This document shows, piece by piece, positions 27,955-39,004 of a stretch of DNA of 64,000 nt (position 1 is its first letter; each line of letters opens with the position of its first letter). The notes under the pieces are model-generated. The model worked only from the letters and a program-made list of their open reading frames with translations, did no database searches and was not told where the DNA came from. Source of the stretch: Nitrosopumilus sp. (lineage in GTDB: Archaea; Thermoproteota; Nitrososphaeria; Nitrososphaerales; Nitrosopumilaceae). The DNA is taken from positions 896,001-960,000 of the forward strand of contig OY763927.2 of assembly GCA_963667665.2 (NCBI GenBank), written 5' to 3'. The translations under genes and the position numbers were made by a program.

Positions 27955-29265
27955 ATGACCTCAAATCCAGAATTAGAGCAAAGAGAACCATTGCTAGAAC
28001 AGTTTAGAGAGACTAGAAGTAGAACATTAGAACTTGTAAAAACATTAGGAAAAGATGATTTTGTTGTTCAGACTGCATTTTTCATGAGTCCACCAAAATG
28101 GCATATTGGTCATGTTAGTTGGATTTATGAAGCAATAATGAGTAAATTGGATAAAAATTATGAATTTTATTCAAATGAATTTTCAGAATATCTTAATTCC
28201 TATTATCAACAATTTGGGATTCCACAAGATAAGGGACTAAGAGGAGTAAGTTCAAGACCCACAGTTGAGCAGATATTCCAATACTTTAACACAATTAATC
28301 AAAGAGTAGAGCATTTTATTGAATCTCAAACTTTGAGTGAGGATTCGGTAAGATTAATCACCATGGGATTTCATCATGAATATCAACATCAAGAGCTTCT
28401 AGTGTATGATTTACAACATCTTCTTGCAGAGCAATATAGACCAGTAAAAAGAAATGAGATTCCAAAACAAAATGAGATTGAGAAAAAATCAACCAAGATC
28501 AAAGGAGGTTTATACACAATGGGTTACAACGGAAAAGATTATTGTTATGACATTGAACTTCCAGAACACAAAGTCTACCTTAATGATTATAAATTAGATA
28601 TTTTCCCAGTTACAAATCAACAATATTTAGAATTTATTGATGATGGAGGATATGAGACATACAAATATTGGTTATCAGATGGTTGGGAGAAAGTTAAAGA
28701 AAATAAATGGATAGCACCCATGTACTGGGAAAAAATAGATGGTAAATGGAATGTAAGAGACTTTTTAGGAATTAGAAAAATCAATCCGAATGAACCTGTA
28801 TGTCATGTAAGTTATTTTGAAGCTGACGCATATTGTAAATGGGCTGGAAAAAGACTCCCTACAGAAGCAGAATGGGAAAAAGCTGCGTGTTGGAATGAAG
28901 AAACGCAAGTAAAAACAATCTATCCGTGGGGGAATGAGAAACCAACAGAAGAAAAATGCAATATTCTGGAATCATATTTTTGGGGATGTACTGAAATTGG
29001 GACATTTCTAAATGGCACTAGTCCTTCAGGATGTCAACAGATGATTGGAGATGTTTGGGAATGGACATCATCAGAATTTACTGGATATCCAGGATTCAAA
29101 ACAGGATTTGATGAATATAATGATAAATGGTTTTCAAACCAAAAAGTATTGAAAGGAGGTTCGTTTGCCACTCCAAAAATGTCAATTAGAGGAAGTTACA
29201 GGAATTTCTTTAGAACAGATGAAAGATGGTTATTCTCAGGTTTTAGATGTGCAGAAGATATCTAA
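27955..29265 (+). CDS. egtB: Ergothioneine biosynthesis sulfoxide synthase
   Basis: SPPKWHIGH, HHEYQHQEL, FGE-sulfatase domain RLPTEAEWEKAA. Confidence 0.9.
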   Translation: MTSNPELEQREPLLEQFRETRSRTLELVKTLGKDDFVVQTAFFMSPPKWHIGHVSWIYEAIMSKLDKNYEFYSNEFSEYLNSYYQQFGIPQDKGLRGVSSRPTVEQIFQYFNTINQRVEHFIESQTLSEDSVRLITMGFHHEYQHQELLVYDLQHLLAEQYRPVKRNEIPKQNEIEKKSTKIKGGLYTMGYNGKDYCYDIELPEHKVYLNDYKLDIFPVTNQQYLEFIDDGGYETYKYWLSDGWEKVKENKWIAPMYWEKIDGKWNVRDFLGIRKINPNEPVCHVSYFEADAYCKWAGKRLPTEAEWEKAACWNEETQVKTIYPWGNEKPTEEKCNILESYFWGCTEIGTFLNGTSPSGCQQMIGDVWEWTSSEFTGYPGFKTGFDEYNDKWFSNQKVLKGGSFATPKMSIRGSYRNFFRTDERWLFSGFRCAEDI

Positions 29266-30284
29266 TTTTTGGATATCAAAGTTAGTGAAAAATGCTTGTC
29301 ATCATCAAGCCACGTATGTTTAATTTCAAATCCAATACTATCAAACAGTTCATAAATTTGTGATAATTGATATTTGTGTGAATGTTCAGTATGAATTAGT
29401 TCATCCTTTTCCAAATTCAACAAAAGATCTGATTTTGATACTATAACTGATTGATGTACAAGAGATTTTAGATACATCTCAATTCTTTGTTTCTCTTCGT
29501 TGTAAATTGCATGATGTGAAAAATTTTTCAAATTAAAATCAGCATCAAGTTCAGCATTAATTCTAGAAAGAACATTGAGATTAAACTTGGCAGTCACACC
29601 TTGTGTATCATCATATGCAGATTCCAAAATCGGTTTTTCTTTTACCAAATCTAATCCAATCAAAAAGAGATCACCAGATTTCATTGTAGAATGTATTTTC
29701 TGTAAAAATTTGAAACCATCACTTGGAGAAAAATTGCCAAAACTGGAACCCAAAAAGATTATCAGATTTTTCTTGTCGTCGAAATTTTTAAGAAATTCTA
29801 AACCACCTTCATAAGTGTCAATTATGCCTGTGATATACAATCCATCATAATTTTTCAGTAATTCCTCAGAACTTTCAGTCAGAATTTCAGAGATATCAAT
29901 TGGAAAGTACTCTATAGTTTCTTGTAATTGTGTCAAAATATCAAGAATCAGTCTAGTTTTTACAGATGTACCACTTCCAAGTTCAACTAATCGAAAATTT
30001 TTATCAATGTAAGAGGATAATTCAGGTTGTAACTTCCTCAGAATAGAAATTTCAGTTCTTGTAGGATAATATTCAGGTAAAGAACAAATTTTTTCAAACA
30101 AATCTGAGCCCTTTTTATCATAAAAGAATTTGGGGTTGATAAATTTAGAATCTCGATTCAAACTAGAAGATATTTCTTCTGAAAATGTTTTCTCAATTTT
30201 AGTAGCATGTGGTTTAAAGTATCGAAGTTTGGGAGATACCACATATTTTTTGTAATCAAGATTTTTTTGAATTGTGTTACTCAA
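29262..30284 (-). CDS. egtD: L-histidine N-alpha-methyltransferase
   Basis: PKFFYD.GS.LFEKIC.LPEYYPTRTE, ELGSG, AYDD.QGVTA.FNLN. Confidence 0.92.
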   Translation of the reverse strand: MSNTIQKNLDYKKYVVSPKLRYFKPHATKIEKTFSEEISSSLNRDSKFINPKFFYDKKGSDLFEKICSLPEYYPTRTEISILRKLQPELSSYIDKNFRLVELGSGTSVKTRLILDILTQLQETIEYFPIDISEILTESSEELLKNYDGLYITGIIDTYEGGLEFLKNFDDKKNLIIFLGSSFGNFSPSDGFKFLQKIHSTMKSGDLFLIGLDLVKEKPILESAYDDTQGVTAKFNLNVLSRINAELDADFNLKNFSHHAIYNEEKQRIEMYLKSLVHQSVIVSKSDLLLNLEKDELIHTEHSHKYQLSQIYELFDSIGFEIKHTWLDDDKHFSLTLISKN

Positions 30285-30380
30285 GAATTAAAACCAGATT
30301 CATTAAACATAAATTCTTTCTCCCAATTCTTTACGCATAAATCATATTTCTTGATATACTTCTTCATTCAACAATAGTAA

Positions 30381-31343
30381 GTGAATGAAATACTCAGAGT
30401 AGAACATTTAAAAAAATACTTTATCAAAAAAGGATTATTTGCTTCAAAATCCATAGTAAGAGCAACAGATGATGTTTCATTTTCTCTTAAAAAAGGGGAA
30501 GTTTTTGTGTTAGCCGGTGAATCAGGTTCTGGAAAGTCAACTATAGCAAAATTAATCTTAAAATCAATTGAACCAGATTCTGGAAAAATTTTTTTCGAAG
30601 ATCTTGAGATCAATAATGAACAAAAGAAGTTAAAAAAAATTAGAATGAATTGTCAGATGATCCACCAAGATCCATATGATTCGATAAATCCAAGAATGAG
30701 AGTTATAGATATTGTATCAGAGCCTCTTGAAATCCACAATGTTGGAAATAAAGATGAAAGATTAAGAAGAGTGATTGAAGTTTTGCACGAAGTAAAATTA
30801 GAGCCTGTTGATGAAATGATAAAGAAATATCCACACATGTTATCAGGAGGTCAAAGACAGAGAGTTGTCTTGGCAAGAGCATTGGCACTAAAACCAAAAA
30901 TAATTCTAGCAGACGAGCCAGTTTCAATGCTAGATGTTTCAATTAGAGCAGAGGTGCTCGAACTAATGCAAGAATTACAGAAAAAATATGACATTTCTTT
31001 TATCTATATCACTCATGATTTGGCAACAGCCAGATATTTTGGTCAAAGAATAGGAATTTTGTATCTAGGTAAAATCGTAGAAATGGGTCCAATTAATCAA
31101 GTTTTAGTAAATCCAAAGCATCCATACACACAAGCACTAATTGATGCAATTTCAGAACCAGACCCAGATAACCTTCACAGAGAGAAGAAAATTCGAATAA
31201 ATGATCCATCAGATGTCGATGTTTATCAAGGATGTAGATTCAGGGCTAGATGTCCTTATGTCATAGAGAAATGTAAAGAAGAACCTAACTTGGAAAAAGT
31301 AGATGACGAGCATTTTGTTGCATGTTATGTAAAACTAGACTAG
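30381..31343 (+). CDS. Oligopeptide ABC transporter ATP-binding protein
   Basis: GESGSGKST, LSGGQRQR, HPYTQAL, C-terminal Cys cluster. Confidence 0.92.
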   Translation: MNEILRVEHLKKYFIKKGLFASKSIVRATDDVSFSLKKGEVFVLAGESGSGKSTIAKLILKSIEPDSGKIFFEDLEINNEQKKLKKIRMNCQMIHQDPYDSINPRMRVIDIVSEPLEIHNVGNKDERLRRVIEVLHEVKLEPVDEMIKKYPHMLSGGQRQRVVLARALALKPKIILADEPVSMLDVSIRAEVLELMQELQKKYDISFIYITHDLATARYFGQRIGILYLGKIVEMGPINQVLVNPKHPYTQALIDAISEPDPDNLHREKKIRINDPSDVDVYQGCRFRARCPYVIEKCKEEPNLEKVDDEHFVACYVKLD

Positions 31344-34300
31344 GAGTTTCTAACAGAGGGCATTCGTTTATCTTTGTAAGTAACAACATGTGAAACACCA
31401 TTCTTTGGAAAAACACCATAGATCAGTTTTGCTTTTTGTATAACAGAATCTTTTAGAGATACCAAAATAAATTGACTTTCTTTAGATCGTTCCTCTAAAA
31501 TCTTTGCAAGTCTTTTAGAATTTGGAGCATCAAGATGTGCATCAACCTCATCAAACAAGTAAAATGGTGAAGGTTTTAGTTTTTGAAGTGCAAGTACAAA
31601 TACAATTGCAGCCAATGTCTTTTCACCACCACTAATTGAGGTTGATTCTCTTTTTGGTTTATTTGGGAATTGGATTAAATAAGAAATTCCAGAATCAAAT
31701 ATATCATCTTCATTTTGTAATTCTAACCAAGCATTACCATCAGTCATTTTATTGAAAATTAAACGAATTTCTTTATCTACCGTATCAAATGCATCCAAAA
31801 ATGTTTGGCGTTTATCTTTATCAACATCATCAAGGAATTTAATTATTGAATTTCTTTCCTCTTCAAGAGAATTCTTTCTTGTAGACATTGAACGATATCC
31901 GTAAGAGACTTCAAGATATGTTTCAGGAGCTTTAGCATTTAATGCATTAAGGGAATTAAATTCAGCAGTCAATCCCTGGATAATGGGTTCAACATCAAAG
32001 GTTTCCATATTTTTATCAAATCCAAAAGCTGAAAGAATTTGCTGTAATTTTGATTCATTTTCTTTTAAATCATGTAAATCATGATTTAGTGAATCAGATT
32101 GACGTTCCAATGTAGTAATTTGTTTTGTTATGTTCACTTTCTTTTCATTTAAGATTTTGAGTTTATCATCATATTCTTTGAGTTGCCCAATTAATGAACC
32201 AGAAGTAGCTATAAGCTCTTGTTCTTTTTCTCTCAATTTTTCAAGGATTTCTCTTTTTGGTTCTTTTTGTTTTTCTAATTCTTGAATCTTTGTTTCTATT
32301 TCTTGACGTTCTAAATTCAAAGAACTTTCTTCCTCATGAAGTCGATTAGACTGAGATTTTTCTTGATTAGATTTAGTTTGCAATGCTGTTAATTCAGATG
32401 ACTTATCACGATATTCATTTGTAATTGTAGTGTATAATTTTTCAATATCCATTTTTTTTATGTTAATTTTATGCATCTCATTTGCAATACGAGTTTGTTC
32501 TCCACTTGCATAATTTTTCTCAACAATGGAAATACGATCATTTAGTGAATCAATGTGGGATTCAGTTGTAATCATTTCTGATTCAATATGCATATTTCTT
32601 GAAGAAAGTTCAGAATTTCTTTTAGTCAGTTGTTCTTTTACACGCATTACAGAAGTAATACTTGATTTCAAATTAGAATAATTTTCATTTGCGGAGGTCA
32701 AAGATTTTTCTGAAACAGAAAGTCTTTCAACATATGATTGAATTGAATCATCTAATTTTTTCAAAGAATGTTTTTTCTGTAGTAAATATTTTTTAATCAT
32801 ACTAATAGATTGAAACAAACTATCAATATCACCACTCATTGAAATCAGTTTTGTAAGTTTTGAAATTTTTGAATTGATATCAATTACAACAGTACCACCT
32901 TTTGCTGCAAAGTATTCGCCATCCAGAGTTACTGCTTTGTATCCTAGTTGTGACACATTATAGGCAGATTCTCGATTTTGGGTGAGTATAATATTTCCAA
33001 ATAGGAAGGTTTTGAGCGTAGAATACGCAGGATTACAGGTTACATAATCACCAAGTACACCAATTACTCCAGATTCTTTTGGCATACTAATCTTAAATTT
33101 TGGAATGGCATCAAGAGGAATAATTTTTAGCTTTGGAAGTTTCTTGCTTCTTGCAACTTCGGCAATTCCAATCAACGTGGCAAAGTCTTTAACAACAATT
33201 GCCTTGATCCAATCAGAACTTACAGCTAAAACAGAACGTTCGTATTGTTTATCCCATGAAATCATTTCATATACTAAACCTTCAATGCCAAGTTTGTCTG
33301 CATCTTCCATTAATTTTGCAACAGTATAATCTTCATGCATGAATCCTTTTACAGTTTTGATTTTTGATTGATATTTAATTGCAGAGTTACTTGCTGTTTC
33401 TAAAATCACTGCCCATTCTTCCATGTCATCATTTATTTTTAATTTTTTTGTTTGTAATTTTTTGATTCGAGATTTTAATTCAGTAATAGTTGCAATATTA
33501 TTTTTCATTATGGATATAAATTTGGATTTAGATTCAGATAATTCAACAATACCTTGTTCTTGTTCAATTAATTTTGTAGAATTTATTTTAATTTTGTTTT
33601 TAGAGTCTTCTTTTTCATGTTGAATTTTAGAAAGTTTGAGTTCAGCGTCATTTAATTGATTAGTAAGAATTTTAATTTTGTCATCTATTTCAGATTTTTT
33701 TGCTGCAACATTTGATTGTTCTGTTAGAATTGTATTTCTTTCAATATCAACAATTTCTACATCTTTATTGATTTTATTTTTCTTTAGATTTGTCTCGTCA
33801 ATTGATTTTTTAATTTTTAAAATTTGACTATCAATATCACTTGCAGTATCTTTAAAACTTTCTAACTCTATTTTAATTTCTGGAATTCTTTTATCAATTT
33901 GTTCTATTCTTTTCTTTGATGCAGAAATTGCACTATTGTCAATTTCATATTGTTCCATTGCAGAACTTAGTTCGGCATCAATTGTTGCTTTTGCTTGATT
34001 GTAATCATTAGCATCACTCATTGATTTTGCCTTTTCAGTATCTAATACACTAATTTCAGTTTCTAACACACTTCGTTCACCACCAAATTGTGTGATTTCA
34101 GTAGTAGTGGAGTGTAAAGTAGACTCTATTGAATCTTTTTTGCTTGAAACAATCTTCATTTTATTGGCAGCATCTATTGCCTTGTATCGATTAAGTTCAC
34201 GTTCAAGAATATCATGGCGTAGTTTTTGATTTCTTTCTTCCTCAAGTTCATCAATTCTTTTTTTAATTTCACCCATTTTTGCTGCTGCAATCTCAAATCT

Positions 34301-34867
34301 TCTATCAGCCTCATCTAGTTGTTTTAGAGCTTCAGTCTTTTTTTCATCAAAATAAGACAATCCAATCAAATCTTCAATTGTTTGTCTTTTTTCGTCAGAA
34401 GTAAATTCAGAAATTCTAGTTACTGTTCCTTGTTGAACAACATTGAGTTGTCCTAACCCTGCATTTGCCATATCAAGTAAATCAAGAATTTGGTTTCGAG
34501 TTGTTTTCTTTTTGTTAAGATAGTATATGCTTTCACCATGTTCACTCATTTCTCTTGTAATCTCAACAGTATCAGAATCAACAGGGATCTTTCTATCGGA
34601 ATTATCAAAATGTACACTTGCCCTAGTCATTTTTACTGATCCATGACGATTGCCTTCAATATCATGAATTAGCGATCGTAATTTGTCAACCCTCAAAATT
34701 TTTGTTTTATTTTCTCCCAATGCAAACATAATGGCATCCAAGATGTTGCTCTTGCCAGATCCATTTGGGCCAGAGATCGATACAAGACCTGGTTCAAACT
34801 GAACAGTGGTATTCTTAAATCCAAATGATTTGAATCCAAAGATATCAACTTTTTTAATATGAACCAA
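31340..34867 (-). CDS. smc: Chromosome segregation protein SMC
   Basis: GFKSF, GPNGSGKSN, coiled coils with hinge, SGGEK, FDEVDAHLD. Confidence 0.96.
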   Translation of the reverse strand: MVHIKKVDIFGFKSFGFKNTTVQFEPGLVSISGPNGSGKSNILDAIMFALGENKTKILRVDKLRSLIHDIEGNRHGSVKMTRASVHFDNSDRKIPVDSDTVEITREMSEHGESIYYLNKKKTTRNQILDLLDMANAGLGQLNVVQQGTVTRISEFTSDEKRQTIEDLIGLSYFDEKKTEALKQLDEADRRFEIAAAKMGEIKKRIDELEEERNQKLRHDILERELNRYKAIDAANKMKIVSSKKDSIESTLHSTTTEITQFGGERSVLETEISVLDTEKAKSMSDANDYNQAKATIDAELSSAMEQYEIDNSAISASKKRIEQIDKRIPEIKIELESFKDTASDIDSQILKIKKSIDETNLKKNKINKDVEIVDIERNTILTEQSNVAAKKSEIDDKIKILTNQLNDAELKLSKIQHEKEDSKNKIKINSTKLIEQEQGIVELSESKSKFISIMKNNIATITELKSRIKKLQTKKLKINDDMEEWAVILETASNSAIKYQSKIKTVKGFMHEDYTVAKLMEDADKLGIEGLVYEMISWDKQYERSVLAVSSDWIKAIVVKDFATLIGIAEVARSKKLPKLKIIPLDAIPKFKISMPKESGVIGVLGDYVTCNPAYSTLKTFLFGNIILTQNRESAYNVSQLGYKAVTLDGEYFAAKGGTVVIDINSKISKLTKLISMSGDIDSLFQSISMIKKYLLQKKHSLKKLDDSIQSYVERLSVSEKSLTSANENYSNLKSSITSVMRVKEQLTKRNSELSSRNMHIESEMITTESHIDSLNDRISIVEKNYASGEQTRIANEMHKINIKKMDIEKLYTTITNEYRDKSSELTALQTKSNQEKSQSNRLHEEESSLNLERQEIETKIQELEKQKEPKREILEKLREKEQELIATSGSLIGQLKEYDDKLKILNEKKVNITKQITTLERQSDSLNHDLHDLKENESKLQQILSAFGFDKNMETFDVEPIIQGLTAEFNSLNALNAKAPETYLEVSYGYRSMSTRKNSLEEERNSIIKFLDDVDKDKRQTFLDAFDTVDKEIRLIFNKMTDGNAWLELQNEDDIFDSGISYLIQFPNKPKRESTSISGGEKTLAAIVFVLALQKLKPSPFYLFDEVDAHLDAPNSKRLAKILEERSKESQFILVSLKDSVIQKAKLIYGVFPKNGVSHVVTYKDKRMPSVRNS

Positions 34868-35036
34868 TAAAGATCTTTTCTCAATCTGTAGGATAATCGA
34901 ATACTAACAAGTTTTGTTGACATAATTGCATAATTTTTCTTGTTGTATTATGAAATTTTTGAGTGCTTAAAATTTAATCCATGTTTTTCACACAAAAAGA
35001 TTGGAATTGTGCGTGAATAAAATACAAATTAATCGA

Positions 35037-36131
35037 TTAGTCACCAGCAACAAACTTTTCACATGCAGTTTTTGCTGCAACATCAGAAGTTTGTTCTATT
35101 GGATGTTTCATCAAATATGCACTTGCTGGTTTAATTGGTCCACCTACACCTCTATCAAGAGCAATTTTTGCCAATCTAATGGCATCAATTACAATTCCAG
35201 CAGAATTTGCTTTGTCATCAACTTCTAAGCGAACTTCCATATTGTAAGGGATGTTTGCCCATTGACGACCTTCGATTCTCATAAACATGAGTTTAGTATT
35301 ACCCAAAAATGGAATGAAATCAGAAGGACCTACATAAATTTGATCATCATCTAGTCTTTCAGCAAGTTGACTTTGAACACTTTCTGTTTTAGAAATTCTC
35401 TTCGAGACAAGTCTATCTTGTTCTTTCATGTTTAGAAAATCAGTATTTCCCCCAACATTGATTTGATATGTTTTTTCAATTTTGGTTCCTCTGTCACTAC
35501 ATAATTTAGCTAATGTTCTATGAACTATGGTTGCACCAACTTGACCTTTGATATCATCACCAATACAAGGAATATTTTTTTCTTCAAATTTTTTGGCCCA
35601 TTTTTCATCTGAGGCAATAAACGAAGGTATACAATTCACAAATGCAATATTTGTGTCTAGACAAATCTGTGCCCAATATTCAGTTACCTTATCAGAGCCT
35701 ACGGGTAAATAAGATACAATAATTTCAACACCAGTATCTTTGAGTACTTTTTTTACGTCTTCAGTAATCTGTTCAGCAGTTTTAGGGTTTTTAATTGGAT
35801 TTATTCTGTTTTCCACCCAGATGCCAACGCCATCTAAAATTGGACTTTCATAGACTTTGGCATCTGTTTTTGGCATTTCATCTTTTGAAATCCAATCAAC
35901 CATGTTAGGATATTCATAAATTGCCTCATTGAGTGGTTTGCCAACTTTATTTTCAGCAACATCAAATCCACACACAAAATCAATGTCATGAATTCCATAT
36001 CCAGCTAATTTGTCATGAATAATTCCAGTAACCTCTTGAGATGGGTTTTTTCTATAATATTCAATTCCTTCAATTAATCCAGAAAAACAATTACCTATAC
36101 CTACTAAACCAACTTTAATCCTACCTGCCAT
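35037..36131 (-). CDS. ino1: myo-Inositol-1-phosphate synthase
   Basis: GIGNC, GDDIKGQVGAT, NVGGNTDFLNM, DKANSAG. Confidence 0.92.
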   Translation of the reverse strand: MAGRIKVGLVGIGNCFSGLIEGIEYYRKNPSQEVTGIIHDKLAGYGIHDIDFVCGFDVAENKVGKPLNEAIYEYPNMVDWISKDEMPKTDAKVYESPILDGVGIWVENRINPIKNPKTAEQITEDVKKVLKDTGVEIIVSYLPVGSDKVTEYWAQICLDTNIAFVNCIPSFIASDEKWAKKFEEKNIPCIGDDIKGQVGATIVHRTLAKLCSDRGTKIEKTYQINVGGNTDFLNMKEQDRLVSKRISKTESVQSQLAERLDDDQIYVGPSDFIPFLGNTKLMFMRIEGRQWANIPYNMEVRLEVDDKANSAGIVIDAIRLAKIALDRGVGGPIKPASAYLMKHPIEQTSDVAAKTACEKFVAGD

Positions 36132-36337
36132 TCAAACAGTGGTTTCATTGAGCGAATTAATAGTTTTCCAAGTTGAGTAATAAAATAATTTCAATTAAGA
36201 CAGGTTATAAAACTCAATAGTTTTAGAGAGTAAATCTTTCTGATATTTTCCGTTGGCATATTTTATGATAAATGCTAAAATTATAACTATGACTTTTATT
36301 CAAACTGGAAATTTGAGATTAAGACAGAAATTTATAC

Positions 36338-37300
36338 TTGCATTCAACGATTGAAAGGATGATAGAACCTGGCCGTCCAGTCAAAGATATTGAGATTGAT
36401 TCAAACACATCTATAGAAAAAATATTTGAAGAGTTATCTCAATCAGGAGGGTTTGAATCAGTAAATCTATCAGATGGATTGAAGATTTTAACGGAAATGA
36501 TTTCAGATGAACAATGTCTTAGATTTGTTTCATGTGTAGCAGCTGTAATGTCAACAGGATTAAGAGGAATTTTCAAAGATATGATCAAAAACAAATGGTT
36601 TGATGTAGTCATGACTACCTGTGGAGCATTAGATCATGACATTGCAAGACATTTCTCACATTACAAAGAGGGGTCGTTTACAATGGATGACAAAGAATTG
36701 GCTGAACAAAACATCCACAGATTAGGTAACGTACTTGTACCTATGGAAAGTTATGGGCCAATTATTGAAGAAAAGATGCAGGAATTTTTAGAGGAAGAAT
36801 ATCAGAACGGAACAAGAGAAATGACTACAGCAGAAATATGCAAAATGATTGGAAAACATTTAGGAGAAGATTCATTTCTTTATTGGGCATACAAAAACAA
36901 TATCAATGTGGTAGTTCCAGGAATTGTGGATGGCGCTGTAGGAAGTCAAATTTGGTTATTCACACAAAAACACAATGATTTCAAATTAAACATAATAGGA
37001 GATGCCGAATTAATTTCAGGTTTAATTTTCAAAGCTAAAAAATCAGGTGCATTTATGATTGGAGGGGGAATTTCAAAACACCATACATTATGGTGGAATC
37101 AATACAGAGAAGGATTAGATTATGCATTTTACATTACAACTGCACAAGAATTTGACGGAAGTCTCAGTGGAGCATTAGTCAAGGAAGCAATTTCATGGGG
37201 AAAAGTAACGCAGGAAGCAAAACAAACAACTCTTCATGCAGAAGTAACAACAATATTACCATTCATCTATGCAGCACTTTTATCAAAACTAAAAAAATAA
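36338..37300 (+). CDS. dys: Deoxyhypusine synthase
   Basis: HRLGNV, GGGISKHH, DGSLSGA..EAISWGK. Confidence 0.93.
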   Translation: MHSTIERMIEPGRPVKDIEIDSNTSIEKIFEELSQSGGFESVNLSDGLKILTEMISDEQCLRFVSCVAAVMSTGLRGIFKDMIKNKWFDVVMTTCGALDHDIARHFSHYKEGSFTMDDKELAEQNIHRLGNVLVPMESYGPIIEEKMQEFLEEEYQNGTREMTTAEICKMIGKHLGEDSFLYWAYKNNINVVVPGIVDGAVGSQIWLFTQKHNDFKLNIIGDAELISGLIFKAKKSGAFMIGGGISKHHTLWWNQYREGLDYAFYITTAQEFDGSLSGALVKEAISWGKVTQEAKQTTLHAEVTTILPFIYAALLSKLKK

Positions 37301-37348
37301 ATGTAGAATTAGCAAAAATTATTATTCTATTAAAATTAAAATTATTCA

Positions 37349-38062
37349 TTGTTTCCTAGAATCACAATTAAAGAGTTAAAGAAAATTAATTTAGAAGGAG
37401 GATATCTAGTTGATGGTTTCCCATCAGTAGGATTTAGCAGTGCAATTGCAACTGAGTCAATGATACATACATCACAATTTGAGTTAGCTGGAATTATTGA
37501 TTCACCTAGTTTTCCACCAATCAGTATAGTCAAAGATGGTAAACCCAATTTTGCCTCCAGAATTTTTGTTAACGAAGATTTGAAAGTTGGAGTGTTTTTG
37601 TCATATATCACACTAGAGCAATCATTGCACAAAGCTGCAGCTAAAACAATGCTAAAGTGGGCAAAAAAACACAAAATAGGATTAATTGTTAGCAGCGTTG
37701 CAGTAAAATCTCAAGACGGTAGTGAAGAAGTAAGAGGGATTGGAAATTCAGATTCTGCAAGAGAAAAAATTAGAGCAGCAGGTTTGGAGGTGTTAGATCA
37801 TGGGACAATACCAGGAATTCCAGCAAGGTTGCTAAATGAAGGAAGTATGTCAGGCCAAGATGTAATTGTAATAATTTTTTACACAGATGGGAAAGGTCCA
37901 GATTTTAAATCAAGTGTTCAAATTTGTGATGCAATGTCTAAATTAATTCCCGGAGTGTCATGCGACATTCCAGTATTAGAAAAACAAGCTGAAAAAGCGG
38001 AAATAATTATGAAAGAAACAGAGAAAGAATCAAAACAGCTTAAAGATTCTATGTATAGATAA
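37349..38062 (+). CDS. PAC2 family proteasome assembly chaperone-like protein
   Basis: LVDGFPSVG..AIA, GIPARLL, GPD motifs. Confidence 0.8.
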   Translation: MFPRITIKELKKINLEGGYLVDGFPSVGFSSAIATESMIHTSQFELAGIIDSPSFPPISIVKDGKPNFASRIFVNEDLKVGVFLSYITLEQSLHKAAAKTMLKWAKKHKIGLIVSSVAVKSQDGSEEVRGIGNSDSAREKIRAAGLEVLDHGTIPGIPARLLNEGSMSGQDVIVIIFYTDGKGPDFKSSVQICDAMSKLIPGVSCDIPVLEKQAEKAEIIMKETEKESKQLKDSMYR

Positions 38063-38114
38063 AATTTTTGATTATGTTTATTTCATAACTAAAAAGTAGG
38101 AATATCAGAAAACA

Positions 38115-38735
38115 ATGGTTCAGATTCTTGAATTTGCAGTATTAGTAATAGTAATTTCAGCATCAGGAGTTATGGCACCAGGACCTCTTTTTGCAGCAAA
38201 CATATCATATGGATTAAGAGAAGGTGTAAGAGCAGGTATCAAGATGGCAATTGGTCATACAATTGTCGAATTACCATTAGTAATTTTGTTAGGAGTTGGA
38301 GTATTTTCCCTAGAATCATTTCCAGAATTTAGGACAGTAATTTCTATTTTTGGAGCAATTACACTTTTTGCATTTGCAGCAATACAAATTAGAACGATAT
38401 TTAGAAGCAAAAATCTTGTTTCATCTAATCCAAAACAAGGCCCATTAATTGCAGGAATTGTATTAAGTGCATTAAATCCATTTTTTATAATTTGGTGGTT
38501 GGCTATTGGATTCAAATTAATTTCAGATGCAATGTTAATTTGGTCATTTGCAGGCATACTAATCGTGTTTGGTTTACACATTTGGATGGATTTTGCATGG
38601 TTAGGAACAGTTTCATTTCTTGCATCAAAAAGTTTGAAAATTCTTTCTAACAAAAATTACAAAATATTAATGATAGGACTAAGTTTAATGTTAATTTATT
38701 TTGGAATTACATTTTTGATAGACATATTGCCTTAA
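38115..38735 (+). CDS. LysE family transporter
   Basis: SGVMAPGP, LNPFFIIWW, multiple TM segments. Confidence 0.85.
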   Translation: MVQILEFAVLVIVISASGVMAPGPLFAANISYGLREGVRAGIKMAIGHTIVELPLVILLGVGVFSLESFPEFRTVISIFGAITLFAFAAIQIRTIFRSKNLVSSNPKQGPLIAGIVLSALNPFFIIWWLAIGFKLISDAMLIWSFAGILIVFGLHIWMDFAWLGTVSFLASKSLKILSNKNYKILMIGLSLMLIYFGITFLIDILP

Positions 38736-39004
38736 CCACAATCTAAAATTTCTATTTGAGGTTCACAGTTATCATTAAACAAATCAATTTTTTCAACTAT
38801 GATTTCACAAAATTCAGGTTCAAGAGATTTTTCATATGAAGAAATTTCATTTAAAATTATCATATGTTGCAGTCCACATGAATTATCAATTGAGTAAATT
38901 AAAATTCCAACAATAGAAATTCCAATTGCAATTAGAATTAAATTTCTTAAACTAAGTTTTTGAAAGATCAATTTCCATGGTAGAAACATTACGCTGCTTT
39001 CCAT
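38732..39004 (-). CDS. Small membrane-anchored hypothetical protein (start uncertain)
   Basis: TM segment followed by a Cys-containing tail. Confidence 0.5.
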   Translation of the reverse strand: MESSVMFLPWKLIFQKLSLRNLILIAIGISIVGILIYSIDNSCGLQHMIILNEISSYEKSLEPEFCEIIVEKIDLFNDNCEPQIEILDCG

